Of a stretch of DNA of 64,000 bases, positions 1 to 14,600 are shown in pieces. This DNA comes from the human T2T-CHM13v2.0 reference genome, Homo sapiens. The translations under genes were made by a program, and so were the position numbers. Numbering within the stretch: the stretch's first letter is position 1; each line of letters begins with the position of its first letter. The notes under the pieces were generated by a model. It saw only the letters and a list, made by a program, of their open reading frames with translations, was not told the origin of the DNA and made no database searches. The DNA is taken from the NCBI RefSeq assembly GCF_009914755.1, contig NC_060925.1; one strand, given 5' to 3'.

Positions 1-3000
1 TGGAATCAAATGGATTTATCGAATGCAATCGAATGGAATTATCGAATGCAATCGAATAGAATCATCGAATGGACTCGAATGGAATCATCGAATGGAATGC
101 AATGGATTAATCCATGGACTCGAATTCAATCACCATCGAATACAATCGAATGGAGTCATCGAATCGACTCAAATGGAATAATCATTGAATGGAATCGAAT
201 GGAATCATCGAGTGGAATCGAATGGAATCATGATCAAATGGAATCGAATGTAATCATCATCAAATGGAATCAAAAGTAAACATCATCAATAGGTATTGAA
301 TGGAATTGTCATCAAACGGAATTCAAAGGAATCATCATCAAATGGAACCGAATGGAATCCTCATTGAATGGAAATGAAAGGAGTCATCATCTAATGGAAT
401 CGCATGGAATCATCATCAAATGGAATCGAATGGAATCGTCATTAAATGGAATCTAATGGAATCATTGAACGGAATTGAATGGAATCGTCATCGAATGATT
501 TCAATGCAATCAACGAATGGTCTCGAATGGAACCACCTCCAAATGGAATGGAATGGAATCATCGCATAGAATCGAATGGAATTATCATCGAATGGATTCG
601 AATGCAATCAACATCAAACGGGATCAAACGGATTTATCGAATGGAATCGAAGAGAATCATCGAACGGACTCGAATGGAATCATCTAATGGAATGGAATGG
701 AAGAATCCATGGACTCGAACGCAATCATCATCGAATGGAATCGAATGGAATCATTGAATGGACTCGAATGGAATAATCATTGAATGGAATCGAATGGAAT
801 CATCATCGGATGGAAACGAATGGAATCATCAAATGGAATCAGATGGAATCATCATCAAATGGAATCGAATAGAATTATGGAATGAAATCCATTGTGATCA
901 TCATCGAATGGACTCGAATGGAATCATCATCCAATGGAAACTAATGGAATCAACATCGAATGGAATCGAATGGAAACTCCATCGAATTGAATCGAATGGA
1001 ATTATCATGAAATTGAAATAGATGGACTCATCATCGAATGGATTCGAATGGAATCATCGAATGAAATTGATTGAAATCATCATCTAATGGAATCGAATGG
1101 AATCATTGAATGGAATCGAATGGAATCATCATCAGATGCAAATGAATGCAATCATCATAGAATGGAATCGAATGGATTCATTGAATGGAATCAGATGGAA
1201 TCATCGAATGGACTTGAATGGAATCATTGAATGGACTCGAATGGAATCATTATTGAATGGAATTGAATGGAATCATCGAATGGTCTCGAATGGAATCATT
1301 ATCAAATGGAATCGAATGGAATCACCGAATAGAATCGAATGGAACAATCATCGAATGGACTCAAATGGAATTATCCTCAAATGGAATCGAATGGAATTAT
1401 CGAATGCAATCGAATGGAATAATCGAATGCAATCGAATAGAATCATCGAATGGACTTGAAGGGAATCATCGATTGAAATGGAATGGAATAGTCAATGAAC
1501 TCGAATGGAATCATCATTGAATGGAATCATCGAGTGGAATCGAATGGAATCATGATCAAATGGAATCGAATGTAATCATCATCAAATGGAATCAAAAATA
1601 ACCATCATCAATTGGTATTGAATGGAATTGTCATCAAACGGAATTCAAAGGAATCATCAACAAATGGAACCGAATGGAATCCTCATTGAATGGAAATGAA
1701 AGGAGTCATCATCTAATGGAATCGCATGGAATCATCATCAAATGGAATCTAATGGAATCATTGAACGGAATTGAATGGAATCGTCATCGAATGAATTGAA
1801 TGCAATCAACGAATGGTCTCGAATGGAACCACATCCAAATGGAATGGAATGGAATCATCGCATAGAATCGAATGGAATTATCATCGAATGGACCCGAATG
1901 GAATCAACATCAAACGGAATCAAACGGAATTATCGAATGGAATCGAAGAGAATCATCGAACGGGCTCGAATGGAATCATCTAATGGAATGGAATGGAAGA
2001 ATCCATGGACTCGAATGCAATCATCATCGAATGGAATCGAATGGAATCATCGAATGGACTCGAATCTAATAATCATTGAACGGAATCGAATGGAATCATC
2101 ATCGGATGGAAACGAATGGAATCATCATCGAATGGAATCGAATGGGATCATCAAATGGAATCAGATGGAATCATCATCAAATGGAATCGAATAGAATTAT
2201 GGAATGAAATCCAATGTGATCATCATCGAATGGACTCGAATGGAATCATCATCCAATGGAAACTAATGGAATCAACATCGAATGGAATCGAATGGAAACA
2301 CCATCGAATTGAAACGAATGGAATTGTCATGAAATTGAAATGGATGGACTCATCATCGAATGGATTCGAATGGAATCATCGAATGAAATTGATTGAAATC
2401 ATCATCAAATGGAATCGAAAGGAATCATTGAATGCAATCGAATGGAATCATCAACAGATGGAAATGAATGGAATCATCATAGAATGGAATCGCATGGATT
2501 CATTGAATGGAATCAGATGGAATCATCGAATGGACTTGAATGGAATCGTTGAATGGACTCGAATGGAATCATTATTGAATGGAATTGAATAGAATCATCG
2601 AATGGTCTCGAATGGAATCATTATGAAATGAAGTCGAATGGAATCACCGAATAGAATCGAATGGAACAATCATCGAATGGACTCAAATGGAATTATCTTC
2701 AAATGGAATCAAATGGATTTATCGAATGCAATCGAATGGAATTATCGAATGCAATCGAATAGAATCATCGAATGGACTCGAATGGAATCATCGAATGGAA
2801 TGCAATGGATTAATCCATGGACTCGAATTCAATCACCATCGAATACAATCGAATGGAGTCATCGAATCGACTCAAATGGAATAATCATTGAATGGAATCG
2901 AATGGAATCATCGAGTGGAATCGAATGGAATCATGATCAAATGGAATCGAATGTAATCATCATCAAATGGAATCAAAAGTAAACATCATCAATAGGTATT

Positions 3001-6000
3001 GAATGGAATTGTCATCAAACGGAATTCAAAGGAATCATCATCAAATGGAACCGAATGGAATCCTCATTGAATGGAAATGAAAGGAGTCATCATCTAATGG
3101 AATCGCATGGAATCATCATCAAATGGAATCGAATGGAATCGTCATTAAATGGAATCTAATGGAATCATTGAACGGAATTGAATGGAATCGTCATCGAATG
3201 ATTTCAATGCAATCAACGAATGGTCTCGAATGGAACCACCTCCAAATGGAATGGAATGGAATCATCGCATAGAATCGAATGGAATTATCATCGAATGGAT
3301 TCGAATGCAATCAACATCAAACGGGATCAAACGGAATTATCGAATGGAATCGAAGAGAATCATCGAACGGACTCGAATGGAATCATCTAATGGAATGGAA
3401 TGGAAGAATCCATGGACTCGAATGCAATCATCATCGAATGGAATCGAATGGAATCATTGAATGGACTCGAATGGAATAATCATTGAATGGAATCGAATGG
3501 AATCATCATCGGATGGAAACGAATGGAATCATCAAATGGAATCAGATGGAATCATCATCAAATGGAATCGAATAGAATTATGGAATGAAATCCATTGTGA
3601 TCATCATCGAATGGACTCGAATGGAATCATCATCCAATGGAAACTAATGGAATCAACATCGAATGGAATCGAATGGAAACTCCATCGAATTGAATCGAAT
3701 GGAATTATCATGAAATTGAAATAGATGGACTCATCATCGAATGGATTCGAATGGAATCATCGAATGAAATTGATTGAAATCATCATCTAATGGAATCGAA
3801 TGGAATCATTGAATGGAATCGAATGGAATCATCATCAGATGCAAATGAATGCAATCATCATAGAATGGAATCGAATGGATTCATTGAATGGAATCAGATG
3901 GAATCATCGAATGGACTTGAATGGAATCATTGAATGGACTCGAATGGAATCATTATTGAATGGAATTGAATGGAATCATCGAATGGTCTCGAATGGAATC
4001 ATTATCAAATGGAATCGAATGGAATCACCGAATAGAATCGAATGGAACAATCATCGAATGGACTCAAATGGAATTATCCTCAAATGGAATCGAATGGAAT
4101 TATCGAATGCAATCGAATGGAATAATCGAATGCAATCGAATAGAATCATCGAATGGACTTGAAGGGAATCATCGATTGAAATGGAATGGAATAGTCAATG
4201 AACTCGAATGGAATCATCATTGAATGGAATCATCGAGTGGAATCGAATGGAATCATGATCAAATGGAATCGAATGTAATCATCATCAAATGGAATCAAAA
4301 ATAACCATCATCAATTGGTATTGAATGGAATTGTCATCAAACGGAATTCAAAGGAATCATCAACAAATGGAACCGAATGGAATCCTCATTGAATGGAAAT
4401 GAAAGGAGTCATCATCTAATGGAATCGCATGGAATCATCATCAAATGGAATCGAATGGAATCATCATCAAATGGAATCTAATGGAATCATTGAACGGAAT
4501 TGAATGGAATCGTCATCGAATGAATTGAATGCAATCAACGAATGGTCTCGAATGGAACCACATCCAAATGGAATGGAATGGAATCATCGCATAGAATCGA
4601 ATGGAATTATCATGGAATGGACCCGAATGGAATCAACATCAAACGGAATCAAACGGAATTATCGAATGGAATCGAAGAGAATCATCGAACGGGCTCGAAT
4701 GGAATCATCTAATGGAATGGAATGGAAGAATCCATGGACTCGAATGCAATCATCATCGAATGGAATCGAATGGAATCATCGAATGGACTCGAATGGAATA
4801 ATCATTGAACGGAATCGAATGGAATCATCATCGGATGGAAACGAATGGAATCATCATCGAATGGAATCGAATGGGATCATCAAATGGAATCAGATGGAAT
4901 CATCATCAAATGGAATCGAATAGAATTATGGAATGAAATCCAATGTGATCATCATCGAATGGACTCGAATGGAATCATCATCCAATGGAAACTAATGGAA
5001 TCAACATCGAATGGAATCGAATGGAAACACCATCGAATTGAAACGAATGGAATTGTCATGAAATTGAAATGGATGGACTCATCATCGAATGGATTCGAAT
5101 GGAATCATCGAATGAAATTGATTGAAATCATCATCAAATGGAATCGAAAGGAATCATTGAATGCAATCGAATGGAATCATCATCAGATGGAAATGAATGG
5201 AATCATCATAGAATGGAATCGCATGGATTCATTGAATGGAATCAGATGGAATCATCGAATGGACTTGAATGGAATCGTTGAATGGACTCGAATGGAATCA
5301 TTATTGAATGGAATTGAATAGAATCATCGAATGGTCTCGAATGGAATCATTATGAAATGAAGTCGAATGGAATCACCGAATAGAATCGAATGGAACAATC
5401 ATCGAATGGACTCAAATGGAATTATCTTCAAATGGAATCAAATGGATTTATCGAATGCAATCGAATGGAATTATCGAATGCAATCGAATAGAATCATCGA
5501 ATGGACTCGAATGGAATCATCGAATGGAATGCAATGGATTAATCCATGGACTCGAATTCAATCACCATCGAATACAATCGAATGGAGTCATCGAATCGAC
5601 TCAAATGGAATAATCATTGAATGGAATCGAATGGAATCATCGAGTGGAATCGAATGGAATCATGATCAAATGGAATCGAATGTAATCATCATCAAATGGA
5701 ATCAAAAGTAAACATCATCAATAGGTATTGAATGGAATTGTCATCAAACGGAATTCAAAGGAATCATCATCAAATGGAACCGAATGGAATCCTCATTGAA
5801 TGGAAATGAAAGGAGTCATCATCTAATGGAATCGCATGGAATCATCATCAAATGGAATCGAATGGAATCGTCATTAAATGGAATCTAATGGAATCATTGA
5901 ACGGAATTGAATGGAATCGTCATCGAATGATTTCAATGCAATCAACGAATGGTCTCGAATGGAACCACCTCCAAATGGAATGGAATGGAATCATCGCATA

Positions 6001-9000
6001 GAATCGAATGGAATTATCATCGAATGGATTCGAATGCAATCAACATCAAACGGGATCAAACGGATTTATCGAATGGAATCGAAGAGAATCATCGAACGGA
6101 CTCGAATGGAATCATCTAATGGAATGGAATGGAAGAATCCATGGACTCGAACGCAATCATCATCGAATGGAATCGAATGGAATCATTGAATGGACTCGAA
6201 TGGAATAATCATTGAATGGAATCGAATGGAATCATCATCGGATGGAAACGAATGGAATCATCAAATGGAATCAGATGGAATCATCATCAAATGGAATCGA
6301 ATAGAATTATGGAATGAAATCCATTGTGATCATCATCGAATGGACTCGAATGGAATCATCATCCAATGGAAACTAATGGAATCAACATCGAATGGAATCG
6401 AATGGAAACTCCATCGAATTGAATCGAATGGAATTATCATGAAATTGAAATAGATGGACTCATCATCGAATGGATTCGAATGGAATCATCGAATGAAATT
6501 GATTGAAATCATCATCTAATGGAATCGAATGGAATCATTGAATGGAATCGAATGGAATCATCATCAGATGCAAATGAATGCAATCATCATAGAATGGAAT
6601 CGAATGGATTCATTGAATGGAATCAGATGGAATCATCGAATGGACTTGAATGGAATCATTGAATGGACTCGAATGGAATCATTATTGAATGGAATTGAAT
6701 GGAATCATCGAATGGTCTCGAATGGAATCATTATCAAATGGAATCGAATGGAATCACCGAATAGAATCGAATGGAACAATCATCGAATGGACTCAAATGG
6801 AATTATCCTCAAATGGAATCGAATGGAATTATCGAATGCAATCGAATGGAATAATCGAATGCAATCGAATAGAATCATCGAATGGACTTGAAGGGAATCA
6901 TCGATTGAAATGGAATGGAATAGTCAATGAACTCGAATGGAATCATCATTGAATGGAATCATCGAGTGGAATCGAATGGAATCATGATCAAATGGAATCG
7001 AATGTAATCATCATCAAATGGAATCAAAAATAACCATCATCAATTGGTATTGAATGGAATTGTCATCAAACGGAATTCAAAGGAATCATCAACAAATGGA
7101 ACCGAATGGAATCCTCATTGAATGGAAATGAAAGGAGTCATCATCTAATGGAATCGCATGGAATCATCATCAAATGGAATCTAATGGAATCATTGAACGG
7201 AATTGAATGGAATCGTCATCGAATGAATTGAATGCAATCAACGAATGGTCTCGAATGGAACCACATCCAAATGGAATGGAATGGAATCATCGCATAGAAT
7301 CGAATGGAATTATCATCGAATGGACCCGAATGGAATCAACATCAAACGGAATCAAACGGAATTATCGAATGGAATCGAAGAGAATCATCGAACGGGCTCG
7401 AATGGAATCATCTAATGGAATGGAATGGAAGAATCCATGGACTCGAATGCAATCATCATCGAATGGAATCGAATGGAATCATCGAATGGACTCGAATCTA
7501 ATAATCATTGAACGGAATCGAATGGAATCATCATCGGATGGAAACGAATGGAATCATCATCGAATGGAATCGAATGGGATCATCAAATGGAATCAGATGG
7601 AATCATCATCAAATGGAATCGAATAGAATTATGGAATGAAATCCAATGTGATCATCATCGAATGGACTCGAATGGAATCATCATCCAATGGAAACTAATG
7701 GAATCAACATCGAATGGAATCGAATGGAAACACCATCGAATTGAAACGAATGGAATTGTCATGAAATTGAAATGGATGGACTCATCATCGAATGGATTCG
7801 AATGGAATCATCGAATGAAATTGATTGAAATCATCATCAAATGGAATCGAAAGGAATCATTGAATGCAATCGAATGGAATCATCAACAGATGGAAATGAA
7901 TGGAATCATCATAGAATGGAATCGCATGGATTCATTGAATGGAATCAGATGGAATCATCGAATGGACTTGAATGGAATCGTTGAATGGACTCGAATGGAA
8001 TCATTATTGAATGGAATTGAATAGAATCATCGAATGGTCTCGAATGGAATCATTATGAAATGAAGTCGAATGGAATCACCGAATAGAATCGAATGGAACA
8101 ATCATCGAATGGACTCAAATGGAATTATCTTCAAATGGAATCAAATGGATTTATCGAATGCAATCGAATGGAATTATCGAATGCAATCGAATAGAATCAT
8201 CGAATGGACTCGAATGGAATCATCGAATGGAATGCAATGGATTAATCCATGGACTCGAATTCAATCACCATCGAATACAATCGAATGGAGTCATCGAATC
8301 GACTCAAATGGAATAATCATTGAATGGAATCGAATGGAATCATCGAGTGGAATCGAATGGAATCATGATCAAATGGAATCGAATGTAATCATCATCAAAT
8401 GGAATCAAAAGTAAACATCATCAATAGGTATTGAATGGAATTGTCATCAAACGGAATTCAAAGGAATCATCATCAAATGGAACCGAATGGAATCCTCATT
8501 GAATGGAAATGAAAGGAGTCATCATCTAATGGAATCGCATGGAATCATCATCAAATGGAATCGAATGGAATCGTCATTAAATGGAATCTAATGGAATCAT
8601 TGAACGGAATTGAATGGAATCGTCATCGAATGATTTCAATGCAATCAACGAATGGTCTCGAATGGAACCACCTCCAAATGGAATGGAATGGAATCATCGC
8701 ATAGAATCGAATGGAATTATCATCGAATGGATTCGAATGCAATCAACATCAAACGGGATCAAACGGAATTATCGAATGGAATCGAAGAGAATCATCGAAC
8801 GGACTCGAATGGAATCATCTAATGGAATGGAATGGAAGAATCCATGGACTCGAATGCAATCATCATCGAATGGAATCGAATGGAATCATTGAATGGACTC
8901 GAATGGAATAATCATTGAATGGAATCGAATGGAATCATCATCGGATGGAAACGAATGGAATCATCAAATGGAATCAGATGGAATCATCATCAAATGGAAT

Positions 9001-11698
9001 CGAATAGAATTATGGAATGAAATCCATTGTGATCATCATCGAATGGACTCGAATGGAATCATCATCCAATGGAAACTAATGGAATCAACATCGAATGGAA
9101 TCGAATGGAAACTCCATCGAATTGAATCGAATGGAATTATCATGAAATTGAAATAGATGGACTCATCATCGAATGGATTCGAATGGAATCATCGAATGAA
9201 ATTGATTGAAATCATCATCTAATGGAATCGAATGGAATCATTGAATGGAATCGAATGGAATCATCATCAGATGCAAATGAATGCAATCATCATAGAATGG
9301 AATCGAATGGATTCATTGAATGGAATCAGATGGAATCATCGAATGGACTTGAATGGAATCATTGAATGGACTCGAATGGAATCATTATTGAATGGAATTG
9401 AATGGAATCATCGAATGGTCTCGAATGGAATCATTATCAAATGGAATCGAATGGAATCACCGAATAGAATCGAATGGAACAATCATCGAATGGACTCAAA
9501 TGGAATTATCCTCAAATGGAATCGAATGGAATTATCGAATGCAATCGAATGGAATAATCGAATGCAATCGAATAGAATCATCGAATGGACTTGAAGGGAA
9601 TCATCGATTGAAATGGAATGGAATAGTCAATGAACTCGAATGGAATCATCATTGAATGGAATCATCGAGTGGAATCGAATGGAATCATGATCAAATGGAA
9701 TCGAATGTAATCATCATCAAATGGAATCAAAAATAACCATCATCAATTGGTATTGAATGGAATTGTCATCAAACGGAATTCAAAGGAATCATCAACAAAT
9801 GGAACCGAATGGAATCCTCATTGAATGGAAATGAAAGGAGTCATCATCTAATGGAATCGCATGGAATCATCATCAAATGGAATCGAATGGAATCATCATC
9901 AAATGGAATCTAATGGAATCATTGAACGGAATTGAATGGAATCGTCATCGAATGAATTGAATGCAATCAACGAATGGTCTCGAATGGAACCACATCCAAA
10001 TGGAATGGAATGGAATCATCGCATAGAATCGAATGGAATTATCATCGAATGGACCCGAATGGAATCAACATCAAACGGAATCAAACGGAATTATCGAATG
10101 GAATCGAAGAGAATCATCGAACGGGCTCGAATGGAATCATCTAATGGAATGGAATGGAAGAATCCATGGACTCGAATGCAATCATCATCGAATGGAATCG
10201 AATGGAATCATCGAATGGACTCGAATGGAATAATCATTGAACGGAATCGAATGGAATCATCATCGGATGGAAACGAATGGAATCATCATCGAATGGAATC
10301 GAATGGGATCATCAAATGGAATCAGATGGAATCATCATCAAATGGAATCGAATAGAATTATGGAATGAAATCCAATGTGATCATCATCGAATGGACTCGA
10401 ATGGAATCATCATCCAATGGAAACTAATGGAATCAACATCGAATGGAATCGAATGGAAACACCATCGAATTGAAACGAATGGAATTGTCATGAAATTGAA
10501 ATGGATGGACTCATCATCGAATGGATTCGAATGGAATCATCGAATGAAATTGATTGAAATCATCATCAAATGGAATCGAAAGGAATCATTGAATGCAATC
10601 GAATGGAATCATCATCAGATGGAAATGAATGGAATCATCATAGAATGGAATCGCATGGATTCATTGAATGGAATCAGATGGAATCATCGAATGGACTTGA
10701 ATGGAATCGTTGAATGGACTCGAATGGAATCATTATTGAATGGAATTGAATAGAATCATCGAATGGTCTCGAATGGAATCATTATGAAATGAAGTCGAAT
10801 GGAATCACCGAATAGAATCGAATGGAACAATCATCGAATGGACTCAAATGGAATTATCTTCAAATGGAATCAAATGGATTTATCGAATGCAATCGAATGG
10901 AATTATCGAATGCAATCGAATAGAATCATCGAATGGACTCGAATGGAATCATCGAATGGAATGCAATGGATTAATCCATGGACTCGAATTCAATCACCAT
11001 CGAATACAATCGAATGGAGTCATCGAATCGACTCAAATGGAATAATCATTGAATGGAATCGAATGGAATCATCGAGTGGAATCGAATGGAATCATGATCA
11101 AATGGAATCGAATGTAATCATCATCAAATGGAATCAAAAGTAAACATCATCAATAGGTATTGAATGGAATTGTCATCAAACGGAATTCAAAGGAATCATC
11201 ATCAAATGGAACCGAATGGAATCCTCATTGAATGGAAATGAAAGGAGTCATCATCTAATGGAATCGCATGGAATCATCATCAAATGGAATCGAATGGAAT
11301 CGTCATTAAATGGAATCTAATGGAATCATTGAACGGAATTGAATGGAATCGTCATAGAATGATTTCAATGCAATCAACGAATGGTCTCGAATGGAACCAC
11401 CTCCAAATGGAATGGAATGGAATCATCGCATAGAATCGAATGGAATTATCATCGAATGGATTCGAATGCAATCAACATCAAACGGGATCAAACGGATTTA
11501 TCGAATGGAATCGAAGAGAATCATCGAACGGACTCGAATGGAATCATCTAATGGAATGGAATGGAAGAATCCATGGACTCGAACGCAATCATCATCGAAT
11601 GGAATCGAATGGAATCATTGAATGGACTCGAATGGAATAATCATTGAATGGAATCGAATGGAATCATCATCGGATGGAAACGAATGGAATCATCAAAT
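1..11698 (+). repeat. 5432-bp tetrameric higher-order repeat (1296+1407+1322+1407), about 2.15 copies
   Basis: The ORF track repeats at +5432 (479/5911, 1775/7207, 3182/8614, 4504/9936). Private variants recur at that offset: CGGATTTATC at ~630/6062/11494, CGAACGCAATC at ~716/6148/11580, GG>CT at 2066-2067/7498-7499, and the 26-bp deletion at ~1741/7173. Confidence 0.9.
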
Positions 11699-14600
11699 CG
11701 AATCAGATGGAATCATCATCAAATGGAATCGAATAGAATTATGGAATGAAATCCATTGTGATCATCATCGAATGGACTCGAATGGAATCATCATCCAATG
11801 GAAACTAATGGAATCAACATCGAATGGAATCGAATGGAAACTCCATCGAATTGAATCGAATGGAATTATCATGAAATTGAAATGGATGGACTCATCATCG
11901 AATGGATTCGAATGGAATCATCGAATGAAATTGATTGAAATCATCATCAAATGGAATCGAATGGAATCATTGAATGGAATCGAATGGAATCATCATCAGA
12001 TGGAAATGAATGCAATCATCATAGAATGGAATCGAGTGGATTCATTGAATGGAATCAGATGGAATCATCGAATGGACTTGAATGGAATCATTGAATGGAC
12101 TCGAATGGAATCATTATTGAATGGAATTGAATGGAATCATCGAATGGTCTCGAATGGAATCATTATCAAATGGAATCGAATGGAATCACCGAATAGAATC
12201 GAATGGAACAATCATCGAATGGACTCAAATGGAATTATCCTCAAATGGAATCGAATGGAATTATCGAATGCAATCGAATGGAATAATCGAATGCAATCGA
12301 ATAGAATCATCGAATGGACTTGAAGGGAATCATCGATTGAAATGGAATGGAATAGTCAATGAACTCGAATGGAATCATCATTGAATGGAATCTTCGAGTG
12401 GAATCGAATGGAATCATGATCAAATGGAATCGAATGTAATCATCATCAAATGGAATCAAAAATAACCATCATCAATTGGTATTGAATGGAATTGTCATCA
12501 AACGGAATTCAAAGGAATCATCAACAAATGGAACCGAATGGAATCCTCATTGAATGGAAATGAAAGGAGTCATCATCTAATGGAATCGCATGGAATCATC
12601 ATCAAATGGAATCGAATGGAATCATCATCAAATGGAATCTAATGGAATCATTGAACGGAATTGAATGGAATCGTCATCGAATGAATTGAATGCAATCAAC
12701 GAATGGTCTCGAATGGAACCACTTCCAAATGGAATGGAATGGAATCATCGCATAGAATCGAATGGAATTATCATCGAATGGACCCGAATGGAATCAACAT
12801 CAAACGGAATGAAACGGAATTATCGAATGGAATCGAAGAGAATCATCGAACGGGCTCGAATGGAATCATCTAATGGAATGGAATGGAAGAATCCATGGAC
12901 TCGAATGCAATCATCATCGAATGGAATCGAATGGAATCATCGAATGGACTCGAATGGAATAATCATTGAACGGAATCGAATGGAATCATCATCGGATGGA
13001 AACGAATGGAATCATCATCGAATGGAATCGAATGGGATCATCAAATGGAATCAGATGGAATCATCATCAAATGGAATCGAATAGAATTATGGAATGAAAT
13101 CCAATGTGATCATCATCGAATGGACTCGAATGGAATCATCATCCAATGGAAACTAATGGAATCAACATCGAATGGAATCGAATGGAAACAACATCGAATT
13201 GAAACGAATGGAATTGTCATGAAATTGAAATGGATGGACTCATCATCGAATGGATTCGAATGGAATCATCGAATGAAATTGATTGAAATCATCATCAAAT
13301 GGAATCGAAAGGAATCATTGAATGCAATCGAATGGAATCATCATCAGATGGAAATGAATGGAATCATCATAGAATGGAATCGCATGGATTCATTAAATGG
13401 AATCAGATGGAATCATCGAATGGACTTGAATGGAATCGTTGAATGGACTCGAATGGAATCATTATTGAATGGAATTGAATAGAATCATCGAATGGTCTCG
13501 AATGGAATCATTATCAAATGAAGTCGAATGGAATCACCGAATAGAATCGAATGGAACAATCATCGAATGGACTCAAATGTAATTATCTTCAAATGGAATC
13601 AAATGGATTTATCGAATGCAATCGAATGGAATTATCGAATGCAATCGAATAGAATCATCGAATGGACTCGAATGGAATCATCGAATGGAATGCAATGGAT
13701 TAATCCATGGACTCGAATTCAATCACCATCGAATACAATCGAATGGAGTCATCGAATCGACTCAAATGGAATAATCATTGAATGGAATCGAATGGAATCA
13801 TCGAGTGGAATCGAATGGAATCATGATCAAATGGAATCGAATGTAATCATCATCAAATGGAATCAAAAATAAACATCATCAATAGGTATTGAATGGAATT
13901 GTCATCAAACGGAATTCAAAGGAATCATCATCAAATGGAACCGAATGGAATCCTCATTGAATGGAAATGAAAGGAGTCATCATCTAATGGAATCGCATGG
14001 AATCATCATAAAATGGAATCGAATGGAATCGTCATTAAATGGAATCTAATGGAATCATTGAACGGAATTGAATGGAATCGTCATCGAATGAATTCAATGC
14101 AATCAACGAATGGTCTCGAATGGAACCACCTCCAAATGGAATGGAATGGAATCATCGCATAGAATCGAATGGAATTATCATCGAATGGATTCGAATGGAA
14201 TCAACCTCAAACGGGATCAAACGGAATTATCGAATGGAATCGAAGAGAATCATCGAACGGACTCGAATGGAATCATCTAATGGAATGGAATGGAAGAATC
14301 CATGGACTCGAATGCAATCATCATCGAATGGAATCGAATGGAATCATTGAATGGACTCGAATGGAATAATCATTGAATGGAATCGAATGGAATCATCATC
14401 GGATGGAAACGAATGGAATCATCAAATGGAATCAGATGGAATCATCATCAAATGGAATCGAATAGAATTATGGAATGAAATCCATTGTGATCATCATCGA
14501 ATGGACTCGAATGGAATCATCATCCAATGGAAACTAATGGAATCAACATCGAATGGAATCGAATGGAAACTCCATCGAATTGAATCGAATGGAATTATCA

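Noticed and set aside
273-285. AATAAA-like signal (AAAAATAAAC) in B monomers, reading AAAAGTAAAC in the first 11 kb
   Set aside because: There is no transcript context, and such hexamers are expected in AT-rich repeats. It is useful only as a lineage marker.
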